Shown here in pieces: positions 55,207 to 64,000 of a stretch of DNA of 64,000 nt (position 1 is the first letter of the stretch; each line of letters opens with the position of its first letter). The DNA comes from Candidatus Omnitrophota bacterium. Its GTDB lineage: Bacteria > Omnitrophota > Gorgyraeia > Gygaellales > JAQTUX01. The notes below the pieces were generated by a model. That model searched no databases. It was not told the origin of the DNA and was given only the letters and a program-made list of their open reading frames with translations. The position numbers and the translations under genes are program-made. The stretch lies in assembly GCA_028707125.1 (NCBI GenBank), contig JAQTUX010000002.1:433872-497871 (forward strand). The letters are read 5' to 3'.

Positions 55207-56127
55207 TTACTCCACCTTATCTTCGTACACTTCTATTTTGGACTTACTGGAAAGACCGCCTATCAATTCTTCGATCTTCTGTTGCTGCTTGAGGAACCTC
55301 AGGCCGTTCTTAATATCATCCCACATCTGCGCCAGCGAGCGCGTCTGTCCGCCTTTCTTCTCTTCTAATTTAATAATGTAGTAGCCGTCAGGGCCTTTAA
55401 AAATACTGCTGGTCTTGCCCTGCTCAAGCGTGGGCGAAAAAGCGACATCCTCAAACTCTTTGAATTTCTGGCCCGCGGCCACAAACCCTATATCTCCGCC
55501 GTTCGCGGCTGAAGAGTCCTTGGAAGAGTTTCTGGCTACCGTCGCGAAATCAACCCCCTGGAGCAGCTGGATCAAGGCCTGCTTCGCCTCATCTTCCCCC
55601 GCCGTGACGATTATCCTGAAACGCCTCTGCTCGGGCTCGCGCAGCTGCTCTTTGAACCTGTTATAGTACTCCTCTATCTCCTGCGAGGTCACGTCTATAT
55701 TGGCCGTCTCTTCCCTGACCAGCTCGGCGACCACGAGGTTCTGCTTCAATTTATTCAGCGCCACCTCTACCTCGGGGTTATCGTCAAGGTTTCTGGCCAT
55801 ACCCTCCTGATAGAGAAGCTCCCTTCTAACCAGTTCATTCCTGAGATAATCCAGTTTTTTATCCCGCGTATCTATCTTAAGCTCTGGCCTGTCCGCGGGG
55901 ACCAGGTTGTTGTAACCCGCAACCTCCTGATTTAAGTCCTCCAAGGTCACGAATGAATCGTTGACCTTGGCCGCGATGGTACCCTGGGGCTTAGCCGCCT
56001 TCGCTTCTGTTGTCTTTTTTTCTGCCCCGGCCTGCTTTTTTAAAAAGGGGATCTGGTCGCATCCCCACAACATAGCTGCTGATAAGATCACGAAAGAAAG
56101 AAAAACATGACTGCCCCTGCCCTTCAT
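55207..56127 (-). CDS. Parvulin-type peptidyl-prolyl cis-trans isomerase (SurA/PrsA-like), probable lipoprotein
   Basis: Signal peptide ending …AAMLWGC (atypical lipobox). A SurA-like chaperone N-region is followed by a PpiC domain ('…GGDIGFVAAGQ…FSP…GKTSSIFKGPDGYYIIKLEEK'). RBS GGAGGT 6 nt upstream. Confidence 0.7.
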   Translation of the reverse strand: MKGRGSHVFLSFVILSAAMLWGCDQIPFLKKQAGAEKKTTEAKAAKPQGTIAAKVNDSFVTLEDLNQEVAGYNNLVPADRPELKIDTRDKKLDYLRNELVRRELLYQEGMARNLDDNPEVEVALNKLKQNLVVAELVREETANIDVTSQEIEEYYNRFKEQLREPEQRRFRIIVTAGEDEAKQALIQLLQGVDFATVARNSSKDSSAANGGDIGFVAAGQKFKEFEDVAFSPTLEQGKTSSIFKGPDGYYIIKLEEKKGGQTRSLAQMWDDIKNGLRFLKQQQKIEELIGGLSSKSKIEVYEDKVE

Positions 56128-56313
56128 ATGATTACCTCCCCGTAAAAAGAAAAAGCCAGCCGGTAATTTTTACCGCGGTGCTGGCCGTCCTCATAAACAA
56201 TATCCTTTCTCATATCTTGTTTATATTCTATAACATAAATATAATAAGAGTGCAAGAAAAATTTTAATATAAATAAAAAACTTTTAAGAAGAGAAATATG
56301 GTATATAATCTTA
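56128..56313. promoter_or_regulatory. AT-rich divergent intergenic region with promoter-like elements for the minus-strand tad operon and the plus-strand glycosyltransferase cluster
   Basis: 186-bp AT-rich spacer between divergent genes containing several TATAAT/TATATA matches (e.g. 'ggtatataat' ~56,290). Confidence 0.4.
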
Positions 56314-58308
56314 GTGAAAATGGCTGACAGGTCTAAGTTCATAAAAAACACTGAGTTCGCGTTAGGGGCAGCCGCCCTTGCCTTTCTCTTCGCTCTTTTA
56401 TACCTGAATATGCTCATCCAGTCGCGCGATCCGGATATCTGGCTGCATCTTAAGACCGGAGAATATATTGTCCAGAACCGGGCTGTGCCGCAAGAAGACA
56501 TATTCTCCTCTACGGTATCCGGAAAAGAATGGATCGACCATTCCTGGCTTGTGCAGGTGATCTTCTATTCGGTATTTCATCTGTCGGGAATAAACAGCGT
56601 TGCCTCTCTCTGCGCCGTCATAGTCCTGCTTGCCTTTCTTTTCCTCTTTCTAAGCACCTACGAGCAGCGCGAGTATTTGGTCTTAAGCGTACTCATGCTG
56701 ACAATAACGCTCCTGGCCTCGCTTATAAGGTTCAACCTGAAACCGGAAAACTTCTCCCTTCTGTTTTTTGCTATTTATCTATACATATTAAGGAAGCATC
56801 CGCATAATAAAATCGTCTTCATCCTGCCCCTGATACAGGTTATCTGGGCAAACTGCCACGGATTCTTTATATTGGGCCCTCTTTTATTGTTGATATTTAT
56901 CGTCGCGGAAAAGACAAAACGACATCTGTGGCCGGTCTTCCTGCTGGCCTGCGCCGCGTCTTTCCTGACCCCATACGGTTATAAAGGGGTGCTGTATCCC
57001 TTCACCATAATATTAGGATCCACAGGAAAGATCGGCATATTTTATAAACATATAATCGAGCTTCTGCCCACCTGGCAATTAGGCCCGCGGGCGTTCCTGC
57101 CGTATCTTGCTTTGATCATAATCTCTCTATTCTCATTTTTACTAAATCATAAAAAACTTAATCCCGCCTATATTATAATCTGGCTGTCGCTTTTGGGCAT
57201 ATCGCTCAGGATCAACCGGAATGTCATCTTCTTCAACTTCGCGGCCTGCCTATTCACCGTGGATAATATCAGGGCATTTTGGGAAAAGGAAGGCCCTAAA
57301 TTCTCCCGGGGCATTCCGGGCAAAGCCATCTCTGCATCTAAATATATCCTGATCATCTTTACAGCCGGCTGGCTGCTGCAAAAGAACGCGGCCATATTAA
57401 ATAATAACCCGTATTATTATATCTCCGCAAGGGACTGCCCTGATAAAGCGGCTGAGTTCATCCTGAAAGAAGGCCTGCCGGAAAATATATTCAACGTCTT
57501 CAACCACGGTTCCTATTTTATCTATAAACTGTTCCCGCGGGAAAGGGTCTTTATTGACGGAAGGACCGAATTATACGGCGGAGGGTTCTTTGAGGACTAC
57601 CAGAAAATACTTAATATCAATGAGCCGGCGATAAATAACCTGCTTGAGCGATACAAGATAAATACGGTCATATTAAGCGACAACTTGCCTACGGTATCCG
57701 GCCTGATGGCATACCTCTATCGCAGGCCGGACTGGGCCCTGGTCTATTTTGATGAAGACGCGCTGATATTCTTAAGAAATAACGAACGAAACAAAGCGCT
57801 TATCAGCCGGCTGAAAGTTGATTTAAATAACCGGCCGGTTACAAAGACGGGCCTCTCCGCTACGCACGCAAGATTTGCCTGGATGTTTTATTATCTGGGC
57901 CTTAAGGAACAGGCAATAAACGAGGCCAAAGAGGCATTAAAAATATGGGAGAGGTCTGCGGATGCCTATAATGTCCTGGGCAGGATCTATACCGCGCAAA
58001 AGCGCTACGCAGAGGCATTGGAAAATCTGCGCCTTGCCCGCGCCTATGCTCCGTCTAATATGGAAACCCTCATCGGCCTTGGCGATCTTTATATGGAAAA
58101 AAGAGAGTATGCCGAGGCGATACGGATATACAAAAAACTGGTTGATCTCTACCCTTATAAATCTGAACCACATTATCTGTTAGGAAAGGGTTACCACGCG
58201 GCAAATAACCTGAAGGCGGCTATCAAATCCCTGAAGAAGGCAGTCGGATTAAATCCCTACAAGGATAAATATCATAAAGAACTTGTACGGGTCTATAATA
58301 AAGGATAG
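56314..58308 (+). CDS. Polytopic membrane GT-C-like glycosyltransferase (PMT/ArnT-like architecture) with C-terminal TPR repeats
   Basis: 664 aa (GTG start at 56314 or ATG at 56320). About 11 TM helices with extracytoplasmic loops, then >=3 TPR repeats. Family assignment is by architecture only. Confidence 0.5.
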   Translation: MKMADRSKFIKNTEFALGAAALAFLFALLYLNMLIQSRDPDIWLHLKTGEYIVQNRAVPQEDIFSSTVSGKEWIDHSWLVQVIFYSVFHLSGINSVASLCAVIVLLAFLFLFLSTYEQREYLVLSVLMLTITLLASLIRFNLKPENFSLLFFAIYLYILRKHPHNKIVFILPLIQVIWANCHGFFILGPLLLLIFIVAEKTKRHLWPVFLLACAASFLTPYGYKGVLYPFTIILGSTGKIGIFYKHIIELLPTWQLGPRAFLPYLALIIISLFSFLLNHKKLNPAYIIIWLSLLGISLRINRNVIFFNFAACLFTVDNIRAFWEKEGPKFSRGIPGKAISASKYILIIFTAGWLLQKNAAILNNNPYYYISARDCPDKAAEFILKEGLPENIFNVFNHGSYFIYKLFPRERVFIDGRTELYGGGFFEDYQKILNINEPAINNLLERYKINTVILSDNLPTVSGLMAYLYRRPDWALVYFDEDALIFLRNNERNKALISRLKVDLNNRPVTKTGLSATHARFAWMFYYLGLKEQAINEAKEALKIWERSADAYNVLGRIYTAQKRYAEALENLRLARAYAPSNMETLIGLGDLYMEKREYAEAIRIYKKLVDLYPYKSEPHYLLGKGYHAANNLKAAIKSLKKAVGLNPYKDKYHKELVRVYNKG

Positions 58309-58311
58309 GAT

Positions 58312-59073
58312 ATGCTGGAAGGGAAAAAGATTATCGTAGTTCTACCGGCATTTAACGCATCCGGGACGCTAAAGAAGACATACGAGGACATCCCCGAAGG
58401 CATTGTAGATCAAGTCCTATTAATAGACGACTATAGCTCCGATAATACCGTAGAAATCGCCAGGAAGTTAGGCATTGAGGTCTTTGTCCACGAAAAAAAC
58501 AAAGGGTACGGAGCTAACCAGAAAACCTGCTATAAGGAGGCATTAAGAAAAGGGGCGGATATTATAATTATGCTGCACCCTGATTACCAATATCCCCCGC
58601 GGCTCATAACTGCCATGGCAGGGCTTATATGTTCGGGGATATTTGATATCGTGCTCGGCTCAAGGATACTGGGCGGAACGGCCCTTAAGGGCGGCATGCC
58701 GTTATACAAATATGTTGCTAATAGGACGGGGACATTCATAGAGAATCTCATGTTAGGGCAAAAGTTATCCGAATACCATACCGGCTACAGGGCCTTTGCC
58801 AAAGAGGTACTGCTGAACCTTCCCCTGCTTGAGAATTCCGATGATTTTGTGTTTGATAACCAGATCATCGCCCAATCCGTTTATTTCGGCTACCGCATCG
58901 GAGAAATAACCGCCCCTTCCCGATATACAAATGAATCTTCATCTATCTCTTGCATAAGAGGCATAAAATATGGTATAGAGGTAATGATAACTGCCTTGAA
59001 ATTCCTGCTGCAGAAACATTCTGTGGCTAAGTTCCGTATTTTTAATAAAGATGGGGGGAAGCTCCTGCAATAA
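58312..59073 (+). CDS. GT2-family glycosyltransferase, polyprenol-phosphate sugar synthase (Dpm1/GtrB-like)
   Basis: 'IVVLPAFNASGTL…LLIDDYSSDNT…' DxD-containing GT-A fold with a C-terminal amphipathic tail. There is a 4-nt gap after the GT-C gene. Confidence 0.75.
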   Translation: MLEGKKIIVVLPAFNASGTLKKTYEDIPEGIVDQVLLIDDYSSDNTVEIARKLGIEVFVHEKNKGYGANQKTCYKEALRKGADIIIMLHPDYQYPPRLITAMAGLICSGIFDIVLGSRILGGTALKGGMPLYKYVANRTGTFIENLMLGQKLSEYHTGYRAFAKEVLLNLPLLENSDDFVFDNQIIAQSVYFGYRIGEITAPSRYTNESSSISCIRGIKYGIEVMITALKFLLQKHSVAKFRIFNKDGGKLLQ

Positions 59074-59205
59074 CATAACGGCCAGGCCCTGCCTTCTGAT
59101 ATGTTTCCTCGTGCTGATCGCTTCCTAATATGGCTGAATATCATAAGGAACTGGGACGGGTTTACGAAATAACCCTCGATCCCGGTATGGCCACCGAGAA
59201 ATCCG

Positions 59206-61557
59206 ATGACGCACCAACCCGCTAATCAGATCTCAAGACTCTTCTATTCCGGCATATTTATTCTTAGTTTTTGTCTGTTAGCACTGGAAATCCTGCTAAC
59301 CAGAATTCTCAGCGTAATATTCTGGTATCATTTTGCATTCTTAGTGATATCGGTTGCTATGTTCGGAATGACAACCGGCGCTCTTATTATATATCTTATT
59401 CCAAAGGCCTTCTCGCCTCATTTAACCCAAAAACATATAGCGCTTTATGCCTATCTCGGTTCTTTCGCTGTTGCCATAAGCCTGCTGTCTTTATTTTACC
59501 TGCCGGCGCTATTTGCCTTGCTAAATGCCTCCGGCATGCTTCTGCCGGTATTGTATATTTTGCTATCCCTGCCGTTTATAGCTATTGGCATATGCCTATC
59601 TTTGGGCCTTACAAGATTTCCCGAACATACGGGAAAGATCTACAGCATAAATCTTATTGGCTCTGCCCTGGGTTGTATCGGCATAATCTTTATCTTAAAT
59701 ACCCTCAACGCGCCTTCGGCCGTATTATTCATCGCCTTCCTCTCAGTATTAGCGGCCCTGCTATTTGCTTTTAGCGCGGGGATGGGTAGAATATTCAAGC
59801 TTTTATGTATCTTCACACTCCTGTCGGCATATGCCCTTTGCCTAAGAAATGAGTATTATAATCATATAAGGCCTCTATGGGTAAAGGGTGAAATACGCGA
59901 GAGGCCGCCCTTATACAGCAAATGGAACTTCTTCTCCTACATAACTGTTGATACACCATCAAGAAAACCTTTTGGCTGGGGATTCAGCTCAAAAATATCC
60001 TCAGCTGAAATTAATACGCAGGAGTTAATGCTGCTTATCGATGAGGGTGCCGGAACGGTCTTGACCAAGTTCAATAAACTCTCGGATTTAGAATATCTTA
60101 AATTGGACGTCTCTGCCATAGCATACTATCTGGGCCACAATGAAGATGTGCTTGTATTGGGCTCCGGAGGGGGAAGAGATCTATTGACCGCCGCGCTCTT
60201 TGGGGCAAAAAAGGTCGTGGGGGTAGAAATAAACAAAGATATAAATGAAACCGCTTTTAATAAACTTAAAGATTTTTCGGGAAAGATAAACGATTGTGGC
60301 CAAATACAATTAGCAGTGGATGAAGGTAGAAGTTACGTCTCAAGGTCTAAAGAAAAATACGATATTATACAGGCCTCCTTAGTCGATTCTTTCGCGGCTT
60401 TCGCGAATGGGGCTTTTGCCCTCACGGAAAACGGCCTCTACACGAAAGAGGCATGGGTTATTTTCCTGGAACATTTAAAGGAGAAAGGTATTTTAACGTT
60501 TTCCAGATGGTACGACATGAACAATCCTTCAGAAATATACAGGTTGATCTCGTTGGCAAGAACTGCCTTGCAGGAAATAGGCATAAAAGACCCGAGGCAA
60601 AATATTGTCCTAGTCCGCTACCTGTGGCCCGGAAGCAACTTGGGTGTGGGAACGATCCTGGTAGGAAAAAATCCTTTCTCGGATTCAGAGTTGGCGACTT
60701 TGGAGAATATAACCGATGATTTAGAATTTGAACTGGTTTTATCATCGAAGGTATCTAAGGACAGCAATTTTATTTCCATCCTGGAAGGCGCTCCCTATCT
60801 CTTTTTAAACATCAGCCCCCCCACGGACAACAAGCCGTTTTTCTTTTATTTCGCTGAGTTCCGCGACCTTTTTTCAAAGAATATATCTGATCAAGGAATA
60901 ATCGTCCTAAGAAAGACCTTCTTCAGTATATTAATCTTTGGGACAATCTTTATTTTGATACCGTTGATATGCAGACCGCGCCATAAAGAAAACAACCCGG
61001 TATCTGTAAATATGTTGGTCTATTTTGCTTCGATTGGTTTGGGGTTTATGCTGATTGAAATACCTTTAATGCAAAGATTGGGGATATTCCTGGGACAGCC
61101 CATTTATGGATTGACCATTGTTTTATGCTCTTTACTCTTTTCTTGCGGCATAGGCAGTTATTTAACAAAATATTGCAAAAGTAACGCTAAAAAGATATTG
61201 CCGTTTTTGGTATTATTACTAGTTACTTCTATTTTACTGAATTTATTACCCTTGGTCATTAAACTGGCTACTCCCGCCCCTATACCTATAAAAATAATCT
61301 TATCTCTTTCGGCTGTAATTCTAATCGGTTTGTTTATGGGCATGCCTTTCCCCATAGGGATGGCAAATGCCGGAGGAGAGGATGCGTCGCGCGTACTTTA
61401 CTGGGGAGTAAACGGTTTTACTTCTGTTTGCGGTTCTGCCCTGGCTGCGGTTATATTGATCAATTTCGGTTTCCAAAAAGCCCTTATAGCAGGCGCTATA
61501 TGTTATCTAATAGCCCTCTTATCGCTATTGCCTACTTTAAAAAAATCCGCCGCTTAA
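59206..61557 (+). CDS. Membrane protein with spermidine-synthase-like (Rossmann methyltransferase-fold) domain flanked by multi-TM regions
   Basis: 783 aa. The N-terminal ~7 TM segment is followed by the central motif 'VLVLGSGGGRDLLTAALFGAKKVVGVEINKDI' and a C-terminal multi-TM region. Confidence 0.55.
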   Translation: MTHQPANQISRLFYSGIFILSFCLLALEILLTRILSVIFWYHFAFLVISVAMFGMTTGALIIYLIPKAFSPHLTQKHIALYAYLGSFAVAISLLSLFYLPALFALLNASGMLLPVLYILLSLPFIAIGICLSLGLTRFPEHTGKIYSINLIGSALGCIGIIFILNTLNAPSAVLFIAFLSVLAALLFAFSAGMGRIFKLLCIFTLLSAYALCLRNEYYNHIRPLWVKGEIRERPPLYSKWNFFSYITVDTPSRKPFGWGFSSKISSAEINTQELMLLIDEGAGTVLTKFNKLSDLEYLKLDVSAIAYYLGHNEDVLVLGSGGGRDLLTAALFGAKKVVGVEINKDINETAFNKLKDFSGKINDCGQIQLAVDEGRSYVSRSKEKYDIIQASLVDSFAAFANGAFALTENGLYTKEAWVIFLEHLKEKGILTFSRWYDMNNPSEIYRLISLARTALQEIGIKDPRQNIVLVRYLWPGSNLGVGTILVGKNPFSDSELATLENITDDLEFELVLSSKVSKDSNFISILEGAPYLFLNISPPTDNKPFFFYFAEFRDLFSKNISDQGIIVLRKTFFSILIFGTIFILIPLICRPRHKENNPVSVNMLVYFASIGLGFMLIEIPLMQRLGIFLGQPIYGLTIVLCSLLFSCGIGSYLTKYCKSNAKKILPFLVLLLVTSILLNLLPLVIKLATPAPIPIKIILSLSAVILIGLFMGMPFPIGMANAGGEDASRVLYWGVNGFTSVCGSALAAVILINFGFQKALIAGAICYLIALLSLLPTLKKSAA

Positions 61558-61561
61558 ATAA

Positions 61562-61636
61562 TAGCCCCAACCGGATTTGAACCGGTGTTTAAAGGCTGAG
61601 AACCTTCCGTCCTGGACCAGGCTAGACGATGGGGCC
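61562..61636 (-). tRNA. tRNA-Glu (anticodon CUC)
   Basis: Minus-strand sequence GGCCCCATCGTCTAGCCTGGTCCAGGACGGAAGGTTCTCAGCCTTTAAACACCGGTTCAAATCCGGTTGGGGCTA folds as a cloverleaf. The D-arm is almost identical to E. coli tRNA-Glu. The anticodon loop is TTCTCAG and the T-loop GGTTCAAATCC. No CCA is encoded. Confidence 0.8.
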
Positions 61637-61656
61637 AAGAGGCCAAAGTTTTTATT

Positions 61657-61684
61657 ATTTTAACAGACGCGACTACTTAGTCAA
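61657..61684 (-). promoter_or_regulatory. Sigma70-like promoter for tRNA-Glu (-35 TTGACT, 16-nt spacer, -10 TAAAAT)
   Basis: Revcomp of 61679-61684 = TTGACT and revcomp of 61657-61662 = TAAAAT. The tRNA 5' end is ~20 nt downstream. Confidence 0.4.
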
Positions 61685-61701
61685 TATAAAATAAGAGGGC
61701 G

Positions 61702-64000
61702 CTACTTGCGGATCTTGATCAGGCCTGACTCTTTCCAGCCGGAATCATCGCCATTTTTGTCAATTGCCCGCAGGAATACTTTTTTACGTATGTTGCGGCC
61801 GCCATTGTTCACAAACCGCAAAGATAATACCATTTGCAACATCCTGCCGGACTCTTTCATCTCCCCTAATGCACCAGCCCAGTTAATTAAAAGTATCTCT
61901 CCTGAAGAATACAATCTCTTCTCTGATACATTATATCTAAGTTGGGCCCCTGAGTTGCCCTGAGGGCTATCTCCGATAAACAGATACACATCCTGCAGGT
62001 CCTGCCAGCCGGCATTATCAAGATAAGTGGCTGTAAGCGTCAAGTCTTCTCCTGAGCGAACCATCTCCCAGTCAGGAGAAAGCCCTCCTATGCGCGGCAC
62101 AGAGCGCACAAACTCAGACCTTGCGGAAACTGTAACGCTGATGGGCTCTTGGGAAACATCGGATTCGTTATAAAAGGTTATGGTGCCGGCATTCAAAGTG
62201 GAGGAAAGCTGTTTTCTATCAATCGAAATTTTAACCGGAGCTGATGCCTGAGAGAATACTTGGATACGATTATTGCCTGCATCACTGATATACATATTAC
62301 CTAAAGTGTCGACGGCTATATCATTTGGTTGCTTGAATTCCCCTTCCCACGTTCCCCACCTTCCAAAATAAAATAATGAATTGCCATCTTGGTCAAATTT
62401 ATAAATTTCGCCGTTATCAAGCACCAAATAAACAAAACTATGTGAATCACAGGCAATTCCCGTTATATCTATGTTATTTTCCCATGGTTTAATCCTGTCG
62501 TTTAATTGGTCAAGCGTCCAATTGTCAATCAAATCTCCATCCTGATTTAATACTGCGAGACCAAAATAGCGATCGTTGGAGTGGCCGCGGTTATAAGCAG
62601 CGTAAATGATATCTTGGGAGGTTATAGCTATCGCATAAGGCCTAGTGAACATATCCCATTCCTCTATAACGTCGCCCTTTGAGTCATATTTAATGAGAAA
62701 CTCGCCAGACTCTGGATCAGAGATATACATATTATTCTCGGAATCGATAGCAATATTTTCTACTCGGCCGTCTTGACCGTGAAACTGATTATTTAAAACT
62801 ATCTCTTTGATCAAATTACCTTCGTTATCAAACTTGAATACATTCCGAAAATAAGGAATATATATATTATTCTCTAAATCCAAAGTTATATCATCGCTTA
62901 TTACTGATGGAATAGCCACAGACCATTCCTTGACTTTGACAAGCCCGCCTTTTATACCAAATTTTTGGATAAGCAAATCTTCTGCAGACGTGTTCTGTGC
63001 GGACCCGATGTAAATATTGCCCTTTTTATCAACATCTAACCATAACGGACCATTATAAAATATATCCCCTGACTGCTTATTATAACTTCCCCACTCAGCA
63101 ATAATCCTGCCTTGAGAATTAAACTTAAGGATTTTTGTATTGAGCTCATCAGGTGTTGAATACGGACACATATATATATTACCATCTTCGTCTATTGCCA
63201 CATCTCCTGTATAATGCAAGTGAAAATCTATATAATTGCCTGAGAAATCGACAATGTTCCAACCGGAAGAAGACTGAATAAGGCGGCCTTCAGTGTCAAA
63301 CTTACCTAAGAATCGTTTGTGCTCATGACCTATATAAATTACATCTTTAGAATCTATGGCAAAAACTTCGCCATATTGATAATCGCTGCTATTATGATTG
63401 GGATTGCTGGTTTCAAATCCCCATCGCTTCATATAATTTCCGTCTGAATCAAATTTCCAAATTCTCATATAATGATTATCGGCTATGTATATATAATCTC
63501 CAGAATCAATAACTATGCCTATAGGCTGGCCATAATAGCCTAATGTCGCACGAAAACTCCCCCAGCGTTTAATATAATTTCCATTTTTACCAAATTTATG
63601 CACGCAAAAGTTCTCATAATCAGTTACGTAGATATTATCTTGAGAATCAACAGCTATATCATATGGCTTCCAACTGGATCCGGGCTTAAAACTTGTAATA
63701 AAATTGCCGTTTCTATTAAATTTTTTAATCCTTGCTTGATCATTATAATAATAGTTATAATCAGTCACTACATAGAAATTATTCTCGGAATCAAAAGCAA
63801 TATGATGAGGATAATAAACATAGCTGTTACTTGATGGATTGTCATTCCCTACTTCAAGTATAAATTCACCATATTTGTTAAACTTTTTTATGCGCTTATG
63901 ATAAGTATCAACCACATAGATATATCCCTCGTGATCGACTCCAATACTGTGCGGATGGCTGAAATACCATGGATTCGGCAACTTTGGCCACATATTGGAA
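61702..64000 (-). CDS. NHL-repeat beta-propeller protein (>=763 aa; N-terminus may extend beyond window end)
   Basis: Repeated '…YIYV(A/T)D..N.RI.KF…G…' NHL-like blades, e.g. 'GNNRIQVF'. The track ORF runs 61702..63993. Confidence 0.7.
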   Translation of the reverse strand, partial: SNMWPKLPNPWYFSHPHSIGVDHEGYIYVVDTYHKRIKKFNKYGEFILEVGNDNPSSNSYVYYPHHIAFDSENNFYVVTDYNYYYNDQARIKKFNRNGNFITSFKPGSSWKPYDIAVDSQDNIYVTDYENFCVHKFGKNGNYIKRWGSFRATLGYYGQPIGIVIDSGDYIYIADNHYMRIWKFDSDGNYMKRWGFETSNPNHNSSDYQYGEVFAIDSKDVIYIGHEHKRFLGKFDTEGRLIQSSSGWNIVDFSGNYIDFHLHYTGDVAIDEDGNIYMCPYSTPDELNTKILKFNSQGRIIAEWGSYNKQSGDIFYNGPLWLDVDKKGNIYIGSAQNTSAEDLLIQKFGIKGGLVKVKEWSVAIPSVISDDITLDLENNIYIPYFRNVFKFDNEGNLIKEIVLNNQFHGQDGRVENIAIDSENNMYISDPESGEFLIKYDSKGDVIEEWDMFTRPYAIAITSQDIIYAAYNRGHSNDRYFGLAVLNQDGDLIDNWTLDQLNDRIKPWENNIDITGIACDSHSFVYLVLDNGEIYKFDQDGNSLFYFGRWGTWEGEFKQPNDIAVDTLGNMYISDAGNNRIQVFSQASAPVKISIDRKQLSSTLNAGTITFYNESDVSQEPISVTVSARSEFVRSVPRIGGLSPDWEMVRSGEDLTLTATYLDNAGWQDLQDVYLFIGDSPQGNSGAQLRYNVSEKRLYSSGEILLINWAGALGEMKESGRMLQMVLSLRFVNNGGRNIRKKVFLRAIDKNGDDSGWKESGLIKIRK

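Noticed and set aside
56124-56580. Minus-strand ORFs 56124..56501 and 56398..56580.
   Set aside because: They are antisense to the 5' end of the GT-C gene and the divergent promoter region. Products are low-complexity with no RBS.
57168-60745. Minus-strand ORFs 57168..57395, 57937..58173, 58890..59144, 59937..60119, 60458..60745 and 61158..61355, and the plus-strand alternates 59271..59774 and 60453..60719.
   Set aside because: They lie inside, and in other frames or antisense to, well-supported plus-strand genes (GT-C, GT2, spermidine-synthase-like).
1-64000. CRISPR arrays, rRNA genes, integrases or recombinases.
   Set aside because: No short regularly spaced direct repeats and no rRNA-like or recombinase-like sequence were seen by eye. 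The only strong direct repeats are the intragenic and pilin-gene duplications reported above.

Overview
This is a GC-rich bacterial window dominated by one minus-strand operon. Read 5' to 3' on the minus strand (56.1 kb down to 1), the operon encodes:
- a lipoprotein parvulin-type PPIase;
- a Tad/Flp pilus machine: CpaB, a secretin with a fused TonB_C domain, a fused TadZ/CpaE-TadA/CpaF ATPase, DUF192, an HTH protein carrying its own promoter and palindromic operator, ten paralogous Flp/TadE-type class III prepilin-like genes, two long TadE-like pseudopilins, a 934-aa TadG-like protein, TadB and TadC;
- translationally coupled 8 nt after the tadC stop, a single stop-free reading frame that runs from the ATG at about 38338 to position 1 and off the window (at least 12,779 codons).

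The ORF track does not list this frame because it has no stop inside the window. I hand-translated it. It contains:
- an N-terminal signal anchor and a C39/papain-like cysteine peptidase signature;
- long beta-rich and Gly-rich segments and internal tandem repeats (21.3-23.1 kb);
- an HExxH zincin motif and S/T/G-rich linkers;
- two single TM helices flanking an out-of-frame 93-aa ORF with a perfect RBS;
- a GGDEF diguanylate-cyclase domain and a HAD-like DxDxT motif;
- a polytopic membrane domain and a long coiled coil;
- a canonical M23 (LytM) peptidoglycan-endopeptidase domain.

The plus strand at 56.3-61.6 kb carries:
- a GT-C-like membrane glycosyltransferase with TPR repeats;
- a GT2 polyprenol-phosphate sugar synthase-like gene;
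- a membrane spermidine-synthase-like protein.

These are followed on the minus strand by tRNA-Glu(CUC) and a partial NHL-repeat beta-propeller protein.

I read this as a candidate undescribed system: a giant multi-enzymatic, membrane-anchored, cell-wall-degrading protein co-transcribed with a non-canonical Tad pilus. It resembles the giant genes reported in predatory or epibiotic uncultivated lineages.

Limits: all domain calls come from motif recognition by eye. Sub-feature coordinates are approximate (about ±100 nt), and the printed numbering seems to differ from the track by ±1.
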